Counted from the first letter of the stretch, positions 18,086-28,050 are shown. The stretch: 64,000 nt of DNA from an uncultured Planctomycetales bacterium (GCA_964520655.1 CAZFNI010000006.1:14790-78789); one strand, 5' to 3'. Translations and numbers: made by a program. Notes: a model not told the origin generated them from the sequence alone.

Positions 18086-18104
18086 AGTGAAAAAGTTGTA
18101 AAAT
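18065..18104 (+). repeat. island internal direct repeat R3 (gcccaaacggtgcccatttaaagtgaaaaagttgtaaaat)
   Basis: Copy 3 of 3; forms the 3' end of ORF 17546-18085; about 100 bp from attR. Confidence 0.7.
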
Positions 18105-18207
18105 CTTGTATAAGGTTGTATAGCATGTGGAAAGTGGCTAGAGGGTATTTATCGACGCTGTTTGTTGTAACCTGTTGCAAATAATTAATATTTGTCGACG
18201 GAATCGA

Positions 18208-18229
18208 TCGATCCCCGGTACCTCCACCA
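18208..18229 (+). repeat. attR-like copy of the ssrA 3'-end direct repeat
   Basis: tcgatccccggtacctccacca, 21/22 identical to 14490-14511. Confidence 0.75.
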
Positions 18230-18309
18230 TCTTTTTTCGTACCATCAGTTTTACCGTCGCTCTGCCTTAAATTTGCCTTTCGCTCTATATAGTTTATACT
18301 TTCTATATA

Positions 18310-21300
18310 ATGCGATCCCCATTATTGATTCTTCTTGCCTTTGTATTTTTCATTGATTCTTTGTGCCCTCACTATATCGGAGCGCAAGAACTGGTTTTGC
18401 CAACTCCCGGCAGCATGGTGCAGTTAAGTCCTGCGCTTGATCCCGCTGTACTAAAAGGCATCAAAGTCCATCCAGAGAATCCTTTCAAGTTTGATTTCGT
18501 TTTGGATAAAGGCCAATCCATGCTGCGCGATGCCCAGATCAAAGAGGAATCAACAAAACTCGTTAAATATTTCCTATCTGCATTAACTATCCCTGAAAAA
18601 GACCTTTGGGTGAACCTAAGTCCGTATGAAAAAGACCGTATCGTGCCGGAAAGTTTCGGGCAAACCGAAATGGGCCGCGATCTATTGGCTCAGGATTATT
18701 TGCTTAAACAGATCACCGCGAGTTTAGTCTATCCGGAAGGGGATATTGGTAAACAGTTCTGGAAGAGGGTGTATGAGTTGTCCGGGAATAAGAATGTCCC
18801 GGTCAATACGTTTAATAAAGTGTGGATCGTCCCGGATAAAGCGGTGGTGTATGAGAATGCGAAGAATGGTACAGCGTATGTCGTTGAATCATCATTAAAG
18901 GTATTAACAGAACAGGATTATCTAGCCCAGGATAAGAATGCGGCGGGTGGCGCCCAAGCTGTTCGTTTCGCCCGCAGCTTAAGGGGGACAATGGCATTAT
19001 CTCCTGCTACCCCACGGGGGGATGGGTTAAGCGAGGACGAAAGGAACAGTTGGGCGACAGGACCCGCTCATGCTATTCGTGATCTTGTTATTCCGCAATT
19101 GACCAAAGAGGTCAACACGGGTGCGAACTTCGCCCAATTGCGTCAGGTCTATAATTCTCTCATCCTGGCAACTTGGTATAAGAAGAGGATCAAGGACAGC
19201 ATTCTCTCCCAGGTCTATTCGGATAAAAACAAGGTAGATGGTATCAAGATCAATGATCCCAAGGAGAAAGAACGGATATACACTCAATACTTGGAAGCAT
19301 TCAAGAAGGGTGCGTATAACTACATCAAAGAAGAGCAAGATCCCAACACCCACCAAATTTCTCCAAGAAAATATTTTTCTGGAGGGTTTGATCTGGCGAT
19401 GCTGTCGCAGATCAAGACCACCGACGATCCCCAAAGCATTGCCCCTGGCAGAAATGAATATTTATCCTTAGAGGTTGGGATCAATGAGTCGATCGATCCC
19501 GCACAGATCACTGTAAAAAAAGAAGCGCAACGGTTTTATTATTGGCTGTTCCCAAGAAAAACATTGCCTGATTGGACGGTCGAGAAGATCACCAGTTTGA
19601 AACAAGATACGGCGGATAAAGAAGAGAAAGCGCAGGATGCTGTTGAAGTATTTCAGGATCTTTTAAGAAGCTTTCAAGGTGATCCTGAGAAGTTATTCAT
19701 GAAGATCAGGGCGGACTTTGATCTGCCTAAGATCAATACGGTTGATCTGACCAAAAGGATCAAGGCGGGTTATTACGATTCTGGCGCTCACAAGGATGTT
19801 TATTTGATCGAATTTGAGACCCGCCGAGGCCCGCCTTTAACAATGGCTATTGTTTTAAAACGCGAACAGGCGCCTGGAGATATTGCCGGCAATGAGGTCA
19901 CTGACCTTAGGCGGCTGACAAAATTAGGCAAGAAGGAAAAAAGCAAATACCCGGTTCCTGCCATGGGAGATGTGATCAAGACCGAGGGCGGCCGTCTGAT
20001 GTACCTGGAAGAATTTATCGAAGGCTCAACGGTGGATCAGCTTGAGCAGCAAGGGAAGCTGACATTAAAGATCAGACAAAAGCTGATCGAGAATTTGTTT
20101 AAGATATCGCGGGGATTAAGTGCGGAGATCAGTATTCCCATTGACTTTCATAAACGCAATTGGGTTGTCAACAGCGATGGGGAACCGATCATGGTGGATA
20201 TCGGCAACCGCCGGGTGAATATTTTCTCCCAAAGAGAAAGTGCCGGACATCGGTCAGAAGCATTCTTGCTCATGAGTTTGATGGTCCAGTATGGTTTTGG
20301 TGATGCCAGAGACAGATTTATTTTTGATGCTATCGCCAGATCATTGCCGGCAGAGGCGACCAGTGCGTTTTTCGAGAATGTGCTCGCGTTCTTTATCAAC
20401 ACCGAAGGGGTGGCGCGGTTGATGCAGAAAAAGGGAGGGACTTTCTTTTTGGATCTGCGCGGCGGGGACGGGGATTTCGAGAAAGCGTTACAGGGTTTAG
20501 CGGAGAATTTCAATGAGATCTTCAAAGCATATCTGGATAATCCTGCGCCGTATATTAACGAGAATGATCTTAAAGGCGTTAATCCCAAGGTGATTGCAGG
20601 GGTTCTGTTGTTGGTGCTGGTTTCTTTAAGGTCATCAGATAGCAACATCACGATTGATCCTGAAACGATCGCACAATTAGAAAAAATAAGCGGGGCTATT
20701 CCCCAACAAATGCAATCAGGATCTCCAGCGGTGGAGCAGGAACAAAAAGTAGAAAGGGAAAAGTCTGTTCAATTCCATTATTCAGAGATCTTGTCGTTAG
20801 GTTCCAAGGGCGCAGCCTTTAATGAATTCAAAGAATTGTTCTTGAAGGCACAGAACATTGCAGATCTAGAAAGATATATCAAGGATCTAAAAGGAAAGGT
20901 TAATCCGATCACGGGAAGAGTGTACATTTTTCAGGATGATCCGGGCGATGTTGTTCACAAAGCGTTGAATGCCGCCACATTGACAAGAGAAGTGGAGATA
21001 GCGCTCATTGCCTTTCAACGGCATTGGAATTTGCGAGAAGACGGGGATGTCGGGCCGGAAACAAGAACAAAGATCAAGGATCAAATGGACAGGGCCATGG
21101 TCCAACCGGTGGCAACAAGAGAAGAAGCTGAAAGTATACTGGTCACTTCAGATCAATTGAAAGAGATTCAACAACAACGCGCATTGACGCGGGAAGAGAT
21201 CCAACAATTTAGCGAACAATTCCCAAGTTTTGATTGGGAAAAAGCTTCTTATGTTCCCTGGGGGGAAGTTGTGCATGATCCGCGCCGCGAACCTGGTCCA

Positions 21301-23373
21301 CAAAACTTGAATCAATTGCACATGTGGCAGAATTTGTTTGATGTGCGCAGGTATTCTTTATTCATGGTAAAAGACATTCTTGAGGGCAAGCTGGATGCTC
21401 AGGGTTTTAAGACAGCGTTAATAGCAATGCACCGCAGGCTTCTGTTAGGTGAAAAAGGATCAAGGCCTTATTTCCCGAGGCTCATGAGAACATTAATCAA
21501 ATTGCAAGATGAAAGTTCTTACGGTGTATTAAACAACCACATGAGTGCTAAAAGCAATGCTTTGTTCCCTATCATTGATCGTTTTCTCAAGAGTAAGGAT
21601 GTGGATATTAATAAAAAGCTCGACTATCTGGCTGAATTCTATGTCGTTTTTATGCATCCGGAATATTTCTTTCAGGAAGGGAATAATTCTTTAGTGATGG
21701 ATATGATAAACGGTTTGCTGCGTTTATCCCGAAGCAACGGTATAGCGCACGGGAATATGGATCGTTTATTTTTAATGGATATCGATGAGATAACAATGCG
21801 CAATGCGTTGAAACGGGAAATTGTTGGGTTGTTTGCTGCCGCGCAAAAGAGCGAGCAAATAAATGATAGCGGAAATCAAGCGATGGCCGTGATCCCGGAC
21901 ATGTCTGACAAAGAGGTGGAGTTCGCTAAGATCGTTAGCGGACTGGATCTTCCTCCCCGAGCGCGGATATTGACCATCGGCGCAACTTACGGCAAGAAAC
22001 TTAGATCGGGAAGGCTCAGGCAGCATCTGAGGCAAGTCAGGGCAGAAGAGATCTATGCGGCTTTGGGCCATCATGTCGATGTTTTTCAGTCTGATGAAGA
22101 TGGTGCCCTATGGCAGAAAGCAACAGAGGATGCGCAGCGACCAGCATATATGCAGAACATCCAGGTTTATCCAGTTCGTTTTGGAAAAGAAAGCCCAATA
22201 GCAGAGGGCAGTATTGATCTGGTGGATATGATGAGCGTGATCACCAATCCAAATGATCTTGAAGCAAATCCGGGAAATATCTACGGCATTCTTGACGGTA
22301 TTGCGAAGGTTCTCAAAGACGGCGGGTTGTTGAGGGTGGGGTGGTATAACGACGGCGACCAGGAAAATGAAGCCGCGCGGACAGATTTTCTTCTTAGACA
22401 TTTGAGAAAATATGTTGAGCTTGTCGAGGTCACTTCTGGAGAGAATGAGGCCCATCGCTGGGTGATCTATAAAGCGAATAAGATCAACAGCAAAGAATTT
22501 TCGCAGAATATGGATGAGGGCGATCCGTCATTTGAAGACGATAGCGCCATGAAGGCGCTCTCTGTTAAAGAGCAGACTCAAATGATGAAAGTACTGCAAA
22601 TGGCGAAAGAAAGTCGGTTAAGGCCTTTGGGCGTTAAGGGAGAAACTTCTGCTTTAAATGTCTTAATAAAAGGTGCAGGTGGTGCTCAGAAAGCATTGTC
22701 ATGGATCGATGGATTTAAAAGCATAGATGATCTGAGCTGGGAAGATCGAGTGAATCTTAGAAAAATGCGAATAGAGATTTTATTTATGTTAGGCAGAATA
22801 AAGCAAGCAAAACAGGAGATATTCCAGTTTAGGGATTTTGTCGGGAATGCCAGTGCTGTATCTTTGGGAATAGGGAATGAGGAATTTGAAGAAATACGTC
22901 TAAAGGGTTTCTTGAAAGGAATTCATTTGGTCCATAAGTATATCTTTACAAGCAAGACATCCGGGTTGGATATTGATTTTGCTGGTCCCGTGTTGGGTTA
23001 TCAAGCGATAAGCCTCCAGGGACATTTATTAATGGCGCAGATCTATCATGATCTTGGGCGATATGCACAAGCCTATCAAGAACTAGGGAAATGTGTGTCG
23101 GTAACGGATTTTCATCGGGCATATTTTGAGAAGTTACATGCTGAGATACTTGCGGACATTCATAAAAAGATGGATGAATATCCAGAGAGAAGAGGCGGTA
23201 TTGATCTCAACGATGATCGTCTTGACCTTAGAATAAAGAACGACGGGGGATCAATGTCTTTATATGTGGACCCAGCCATGCTCGAACAACTTAAAAGTGT
23301 TCCTGGGTTTACGCCCGTCATTATCAATATCCAGCCTTTGCCTGATGTAAAAGCATTTCTGATCAATCGTTGA
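18310..23373 (+). CDS. giant secreted multidomain protein (1687 aa) with a peptidoglycan-binding domain, a kinase-like segment and a degenerate Fic-like motif
   Basis: Signal peptide; PG_binding_1-like LNAATLTREVEIALIAFQRHWNLREDGDVGPETRTKI; kinase-like DFHKRNWVVN...MVDIGNRR; HPEYFFQEGNNS resembles the Fic HPFx[DE]GNGR motif; no SD sequence, possibly leaderless. Confidence 0.5.
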   Translation: MRSPLLILLAFVFFIDSLCPHYIGAQELVLPTPGSMVQLSPALDPAVLKGIKVHPENPFKFDFVLDKGQSMLRDAQIKEESTKLVKYFLSALTIPEKDLWVNLSPYEKDRIVPESFGQTEMGRDLLAQDYLLKQITASLVYPEGDIGKQFWKRVYELSGNKNVPVNTFNKVWIVPDKAVVYENAKNGTAYVVESSLKVLTEQDYLAQDKNAAGGAQAVRFARSLRGTMALSPATPRGDGLSEDERNSWATGPAHAIRDLVIPQLTKEVNTGANFAQLRQVYNSLILATWYKKRIKDSILSQVYSDKNKVDGIKINDPKEKERIYTQYLEAFKKGAYNYIKEEQDPNTHQISPRKYFSGGFDLAMLSQIKTTDDPQSIAPGRNEYLSLEVGINESIDPAQITVKKEAQRFYYWLFPRKTLPDWTVEKITSLKQDTADKEEKAQDAVEVFQDLLRSFQGDPEKLFMKIRADFDLPKINTVDLTKRIKAGYYDSGAHKDVYLIEFETRRGPPLTMAIVLKREQAPGDIAGNEVTDLRRLTKLGKKEKSKYPVPAMGDVIKTEGGRLMYLEEFIEGSTVDQLEQQGKLTLKIRQKLIENLFKISRGLSAEISIPIDFHKRNWVVNSDGEPIMVDIGNRRVNIFSQRESAGHRSEAFLLMSLMVQYGFGDARDRFIFDAIARSLPAEATSAFFENVLAFFINTEGVARLMQKKGGTFFLDLRGGDGDFEKALQGLAENFNEIFKAYLDNPAPYINENDLKGVNPKVIAGVLLLVLVSLRSSDSNITIDPETIAQLEKISGAIPQQMQSGSPAVEQEQKVEREKSVQFHYSEILSLGSKGAAFNEFKELFLKAQNIADLERYIKDLKGKVNPITGRVYIFQDDPGDVVHKALNAATLTREVEIALIAFQRHWNLREDGDVGPETRTKIKDQMDRAMVQPVATREEAESILVTSDQLKEIQQQRALTREEIQQFSEQFPSFDWEKASYVPWGEVVHDPRREPGPQNLNQLHMWQNLFDVRRYSLFMVKDILEGKLDAQGFKTALIAMHRRLLLGEKGSRPYFPRLMRTLIKLQDESSYGVLNNHMSAKSNALFPIIDRFLKSKDVDINKKLDYLAEFYVVFMHPEYFFQEGNNSLVMDMINGLLRLSRSNGIAHGNMDRLFLMDIDEITMRNALKREIVGLFAAAQKSEQINDSGNQAMAVIPDMSDKEVEFAKIVSGLDLPPRARILTIGATYGKKLRSGRLRQHLRQVRAEEIYAALGHHVDVFQSDEDGALWQKATEDAQRPAYMQNIQVYPVRFGKESPIAEGSIDLVDMMSVITNPNDLEANPGNIYGILDGIAKVLKDGGLLRVGWYNDGDQENEAARTDFLLRHLRKYVELVEVTSGENEAHRWVIYKANKINSKEFSQNMDEGDPSFEDDSAMKALSVKEQTQMMKVLQMAKESRLRPLGVKGETSALNVLIKGAGGAQKALSWIDGFKSIDDLSWEDRVNLRKMRIEILFMLGRIKQAKQEIFQFRDFVGNASAVSLGIGNEEFEEIRLKGFLKGIHLVHKYIFTSKTSGLDIDFAGPVLGYQAISLQGHLLMAQIYHDLGRYAQAYQELGKCVSVTDFHRAYFEKLHAEILADIHKKMDEYPERRGGIDLNDDRLDLRIKNDGGSMSLYVDPAMLEQLKSVPGFTPVIINIQPLPDVKAFLINR

Positions 23374-23413
23374 TTTTACTGTTTTTCCTGCCGATAATCA
23401 GTTAGATTAAATT

Positions 23414-24070
23414 GTGTTTAACATGTCAGAAAATATTCAACATCCATTGGCTCGTGTATCACTGTTGATGGGATGGCTTATGCTTGTCCTGTGGGCTGCT
23501 GTTGCCATGGCGGAGAGTAAACCACCCGTGAGTTTTAAGCATGTGCCGCTACAATATATCGCGGCATTAGGGGATCCTAAGGCCAACGCCGGCAGCGGCG
23601 CTCAGTTGTGGGGGGTGTGGACGATGGATCCCGGTCCGCGCGGCTGTATGTTGGATAATTATGCCGCATTAAAAGCAGCCGGCGGCATTGCTCCGGCGCA
23701 ATGGAAGTTCGACCATCAAGATTGGTGGCTGGAGGAGCACGGCTTAATTATGGAGAAGCCGGTATTCCCCATCCCTCCGGGGCAGTATGTAGTGACCGGC
23801 GGGCGGGAGGTCACGGCGGTACTAACGATCTATCCTCCGGATAAAACAGGCGATCAGCGATGGGTGTTGGGGGATGGTACGACGCTCCATGATGTAACGC
23901 ATTTGCCCTGCCGTGCAGCACGCTATCGGCCCGCTGAAGGCGGGACATGTTCTCCAGATGTTGCACAAAGAACGGATTTCCCGGTGACCCCGGGAGCGGC
24001 CATGCCCGCGGTCAAAGGATGCCGTAAACAAGATTACGCTGTTCTTTTTTTGATCGGAACAGCACAGTAA
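23414..24070 (+). CDS. hypothetical secreted protein
   Basis: N-terminal TM/signal segment; 218 aa; no recognisable motif. Confidence 0.4.
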   Translation: MFNMSENIQHPLARVSLLMGWLMLVLWAAVAMAESKPPVSFKHVPLQYIAALGDPKANAGSGAQLWGVWTMDPGPRGCMLDNYAALKAAGGIAPAQWKFDHQDWWLEEHGLIMEKPVFPIPPGQYVVTGGREVTAVLTIYPPDKTGDQRWVLGDGTTLHDVTHLPCRAARYRPAEGGTCSPDVAQRTDFPVTPGAAMPAVKGCRKQDYAVLFLIGTAQ

Positions 24071-24091
24071 CATCAGTACAAGGAGATAAGG

Positions 24092-24697
24092 ATGAAGAAT
24101 AAAATATTCATATTGTTTGTGTTGAGTATGGTTGCCGGTCCGATGATCGGTTTTTGTGCTGTGAATTTGAAACCAAAGACAGCGGCCGAATGGCGGGAAT
24201 ATTTGCGCTACCGCCGGGATCAAACACTGGAAGATCTTTATAAACTACAGCCGCAAGCGCGTTTGGAGATCATGAAGGCAAAGGGGTATGCGACCTTTTC
24301 AAGTTTGAATGTGAATTTGGTCTTGGCCAGCATGACAGGAGGCAGGGGCATTCTTCATGTCAATGGGCTGCTTGGCGGTAAAGACACGTTCATGCGCATG
24401 GCGCAAGGAGGTTTGGGATTTGGTTTGGGGGTTAAGGATTTTCGCGCAGTCTTTATTTTTGATGATCAGGAGGTTATGGACAGGTTCTTAAACAGCGGCT
24501 GGTCATTTGGTGGTGAAGCGGACGCCGCGGTCAAAGGGGGCGGGGCTGGGGCTGCGGCCAGCGGTGCGATCGCGGTCGCTCCGGGTTTACGGGTTTATCA
24601 ATTGACGGAAAATGGCCTTGCGCTGCAAGCAACGGTTCATGGCACTAAATATTGGCGGGATGCTTTCGTCAACGGCGATAAGAATGCCAGGGAATAA
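24092..24697 (+). CDS. SYLF (Ysc84-like) domain secreted protein
   Basis: Signal peptide; Gly-rich GGRGILHVNGLLGGK...GGLGFGLGV...GGEADAAVKGGGAGAAASGAIAVAPG pattern typical of bacterial SYLF/DUF500 proteins; AAGGAG RBS. Confidence 0.45.
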   Translation: MKNKIFILFVLSMVAGPMIGFCAVNLKPKTAAEWREYLRYRRDQTLEDLYKLQPQARLEIMKAKGYATFSSLNVNLVLASMTGGRGILHVNGLLGGKDTFMRMAQGGLGFGLGVKDFRAVFIFDDQEVMDRFLNSGWSFGGEADAAVKGGGAGAAASGAIAVAPGLRVYQLTENGLALQATVHGTKYWRDAFVNGDKNARE

Positions 24698-24882
24698 ATC
24701 TTAAATAGTGAAGTTGATCGCTAAGAAATTTTAGAATTTCATTGATGCTCATAAGGTTAGGGAATAATATGTAAATGTTAGAGAAGGCAACGAAGTCTTC
24801 TTTGATATTAGTGCAGGCAAGGGTGCCTCACCGGTATTCTCTATAATACTAGTGGGGTATTTTTTTCTTACAAGGAGATAAT

Positions 24883-26886
24883 ATGGGCATAAAAATCGAC
24901 AATAATTTGAAGATCATTATTTCCGGGATTATTTTGGTTTCTTTATTTTCGGTATTTTGGGTTGTTTCTTCCAAAACGCTCAGTGAACTGCAAATTGGTT
25001 CCCCCCTTTATAAGCGTATTGCTTTAAATAATGAACTAGTCGCCGACATTCTGCCTCCACCGGAGTATATCTTGGAAACATATCAAGTGACGCTGCAGCT
25101 ACTGGGAGAGCCCGATCCTAAGACTGTCGGTGAATTGATCGAGAAAACAAGATCATTGCAGAATGATTACAACACGCGTCATGAATATTGGCAAAAAAGT
25201 CTGGATGAAGGCAAGATGAAAAGCACATTACTTGCGGATTCATTTGCCCCGGCCAATGAATTCTATCGTATTTTAAATGAGCAATTTATCCCGGCCATTC
25301 AAAAGGGGGATAAAGAGACAGCGGCGAAACTTGCTTTTGGGGATCTTGAGGTTCAATATAAGGCGCATCGCGCGGCGATCGATCAGGTTGTCGCGATGGC
25401 CAATGAGCGCATCAGCAAGGATCAGGCCTCTGCTGATCAGACGGTTAAAGAGAGGACCAACCTTTTAACAGGGGTGGGTGTTGTGATCGTTTTGGCCATT
25501 ATCATTGTTCTTTTGGTCTTGCTTAAGACGCTATCGATCACGGTGTATGTCAGCAAGATCAAAGATGTGCTGCAGGCGATGACCAACGGGGATCTAACCA
25601 AGCATTCCAATATCAAGCGTTCCGATGAGATCGGTTCCGTCGCGGACATGCTAGAACAGTTAAACGGGCGTTTATCCCAAATGGTCGCGCAGATCCGTTC
25701 CTCAGCAGAGCAATTGGTCGCCGCCACTGAGGAGGTTTCGACCAGCGCGCAGAAGATCTCGGATGGGGCCCAGCAGCAAGCAGCTTCTTTTGAAGAATTA
25801 TCTTCCTCTGTTCAATCGAATGCCAGCAATGCCCAAACTGCCAGTGAAGTCTCTCAGGTTGTGTCCGTCAGCGCGAATACAGCCGGAGACGGCATGAATA
25901 ATACGATCGATGCCATGAATGGTATTGAGAAAAGCTCCAAACAGATCAATGAGGCGGTTGAGATTATTACGGATATTGCGGACCAAACCAATCTGTTGGC
26001 ATTGAACGCGGCCATTGAAGCGGCGCGTGCCGGGGAGCATGGTAAGGGTTTCGCGGTCGTTGCTGATGAGGTGCGTAAGTTAGCCGAGCGTTCGGCCTCT
26101 TCTGCCAAGGATATCAAGGCCATTATCCAGGAAAGCTCCCAGCAGGTTTCCAAGGGTGTGGATCTATCCAAATCCGCGGGAGACGGCTTAAAGAAGATGG
26201 TGGTTGATATCGCGAAAGTAGCCGAGCAGCTCAAAGCGATCTCAGGGGCCACCCAAGAACAGGCAGCGACGATGGAGGAGAATACATCGATCACGGAAAG
26301 CAATGCGTCGGCGGCAGAAGAGCTGGCCGCGTCGGCAGAAGAGATGTCTGCCCAGGCCGAAGAGCTGCAGAAAATGGTCAGTTTCTTTAAGACAGATATG
26401 GCCCATGTGTCGTCTGTTTCCGCTAGTGCCGGAACAGCTGCATCCCACAAGCCATCGTCAGGTTCACATCATGCTGCCAAACACAGCGCTCATAGTGAAA
26501 AACATGAAACTGTTCCGTTGAGGATCGGCGGCGAGATGGATTTTAAAGCGGCGATCGATGCTCATGTTCAATGGAAAATGAAATTGCGCGGCTATGTCAG
26601 CAATCCGGACAAGTCCTTGAAAGCAGATATTGTTGGTGTTGACAATAAATGTGCCTTAGGCCAGTGGATCTACGGCGAAGGCCGTAAATTCCAGGACCTA
26701 TCCGAATATGCCCAGCTCAAAGAAGAGCATGCTCAATTCCATAAATGTGCCGCAGAGGTCATAGCACTTGCCGATGCCGGGAAAAAAGAACAGGCGAATG
26801 AGGTTGTTAATCATGGTGCGTATGCAAAGATCTCGAATTCTGTGGTGCAGCGTATTGGAGCAATGAAAGAAAAGGCTGAAGGATAA
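24883..26886 (+). CDS. methyl-accepting chemotaxis protein with C-terminal CZB (chemoreceptor zinc-binding) domain
   Basis: TM, HAMP, MA signalling domain with [36 protein letters not shown]; C-terminus has HVQWK...CALGQW...H spacing typical of CZB. Confidence 0.85.
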   Translation: MGIKIDNNLKIIISGIILVSLFSVFWVVSSKTLSELQIGSPLYKRIALNNELVADILPPPEYILETYQVTLQLLGEPDPKTVGELIEKTRSLQNDYNTRHEYWQKSLDEGKMKSTLLADSFAPANEFYRILNEQFIPAIQKGDKETAAKLAFGDLEVQYKAHRAAIDQVVAMANERISKDQASADQTVKERTNLLTGVGVVIVLAIIIVLLVLLKTLSITVYVSKIKDVLQAMTNGDLTKHSNIKRSDEIGSVADMLEQLNGRLSQMVAQIRSSAEQLVAATEEVSTSAQKISDGAQQQAASFEELSSSVQSNASNAQTASEVSQVVSVSANTAGDGMNNTIDAMNGIEKSSKQINEAVEIITDIADQTNLLALNAAIEAARAGEHGKGFAVVADEVRKLAERSASSAKDIKAIIQESSQQVSKGVDLSKSAGDGLKKMVVDIAKVAEQLKAISGATQEQAATMEENTSITESNASAAEELAASAEEMSAQAEELQKMVSFFKTDMAHVSSVSASAGTAASHKPSSGSHHAAKHSAHSEKHETVPLRIGGEMDFKAAIDAHVQWKMKLRGYVSNPDKSLKADIVGVDNKCALGQWIYGEGRKFQDLSEYAQLKEEHAQFHKCAAEVIALADAGKKEQANEVVNHGAYAKISNSVVQRIGAMKEKAEG

Positions 26887-27021
26887 GCATAATTCGTTGT
26901 TTTGGAATAGGTTGCGTTGTTTTTTACAGCTGTTGAATTGCCAGAAATCCCTGCCTAAATGTGTTATACTGTAATTAAGGGAGCAGAAATATAACCAGTT
27001 CCCTTACGTAGCAGGCAGGGG

Positions 27022-28050
27022 GTGATTGCGATGAACAGGCTGTATATGCCTTTGATTCTGTGCGTGATCCTTCCGACTTTGATCTGCAAGGCCGATGTAG
27101 CCCCTGTCGCTTCTTCTGATTCCACGATCAATTTAGGTGTCTTAAAGATCTATCCTGCCAAGCCGATGCCCTCTGTCCAGACAGATGATATTGATTATGG
27201 GTTTTCGACGCTTACCTTTAACGATGGTGAGGCTAAAGATGTTGTTATTGACCACAAGTCAGCATCTGGGGCAGGATTTTCATTAGTGGGTACGGCAGAG
27301 GCGGCTGAAATGCCCGCGCCAATCATGTTGCAGGATTTCCAACGGATGATCGTGATGGTTAATGATGCGACCCGCTTAGAACAGCTAAGGCCGGTTTTGA
27401 CCGAGAAAAATTTCCAGTCGTTAACAACCAAAGTGAATTCAGGGGTCTCTCAATATACAGTGCTGGCCATGATACAGGCCATGCGTCCTTCAGAGGTGCG
27501 TATCACTGATTCCCACATCGATGCGGACCGCGCGGAATTGGCCGTTGAGGGCAGATCTTCTTATGGGTTGATGAAAGGCGTGGTCCGTGTGACGAAGAAC
27601 GACGGCGCATGGAAGATCGAAAGCGAGAAATGGAATGCCGGCGATAAAGATATCAAGGGGTCTGCGCTTAACAGTGTCCCCCATACCCGTGGTGTACCGA
27701 CGTTGTTCTTAGACAGGGTTTCTCCGGAATACAAGATCAACAGGAATTTTTTGACACTAAACAAGGTCCACACAACGCGCAGCAAGCGTGCCTTCATGTT
27801 CGTATTCTTGATGAATGGCCAGAAAAAGGACCCGGGATTAGACAAAGAACATAAGAGCCGGGCGCACATGCATATTATGTGGCCGGGCTCCAGGAAAACC
27901 TTGAAGGAGCAAAAAGAGATCAAGGGCCAATACCCTGTTGATGTCTCCATAGCCAACTATGCCGATGGCTTTTCTGCGGGGGAATGGAATTTAGTGCTGC
28001 CTAACAAAAAGCCCCGTGAAATATCTGTTTCTCTCCTGTGGTCGTTTTAA
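27022..28050 (+). CDS. hypothetical secreted protein
   Basis: Signal peptide, 342 aa, no recognisable motif. Confidence 0.4.
   Translation: MIAMNRLYMPLILCVILPTLICKADVAPVASSDSTINLGVLKIYPAKPMPSVQTDDIDYGFSTLTFNDGEAKDVVIDHKSASGAGFSLVGTAEAAEMPAPIMLQDFQRMIVMVNDATRLEQLRPVLTEKNFQSLTTKVNSGVSQYTVLAMIQAMRPSEVRITDSHIDADRAELAVEGRSSYGLMKGVVRVTKNDGAWKIESEKWNAGDKDIKGSALNSVPHTRGVPTLFLDRVSPEYKINRNFLTLNKVHTTRSKRAFMFVFLMNGQKKDPGLDKEHKSRAHMHIMWPGSRKTLKEQKEIKGQYPVDVSIANYADGFSAGEWNLVLPNKKPREISVSLLWSF

Larger units (their letters stand above)
14512..18229 (+). mobile_element. AT-rich genomic island inserted at the 3' end of ssrA (integrase-less; cassette-like small ORFs)
   Basis: Bounded by 22-bp direct repeats of the tmRNA 3' end; GC drops visibly between about 15.0 and 18.1 kb; contains GIY-YIG plus hypothetical ORFs and three internal 39-bp repeats. 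Confidence 0.7.

Noticed and set aside
14512-18229. Calling the ssrA island an integron
   Set aside because: There is no IntI-type integrase and no Pc/attI region. The 39-bp repeats lack the inverted R''-L''/L'-R' symmetry and GTTRRRY cores of attC sites. The cassette-like look is noted only as an analogy.
18295-18309. Annotating a definite leaderless promoter for the giant gene
   Set aside because: TATACT/TATAAT boxes occur within 15 nt of the ATG, but -35 support is weak and the region is AT-rich, where such hexamers arise by chance. Mentioned only within the finding.
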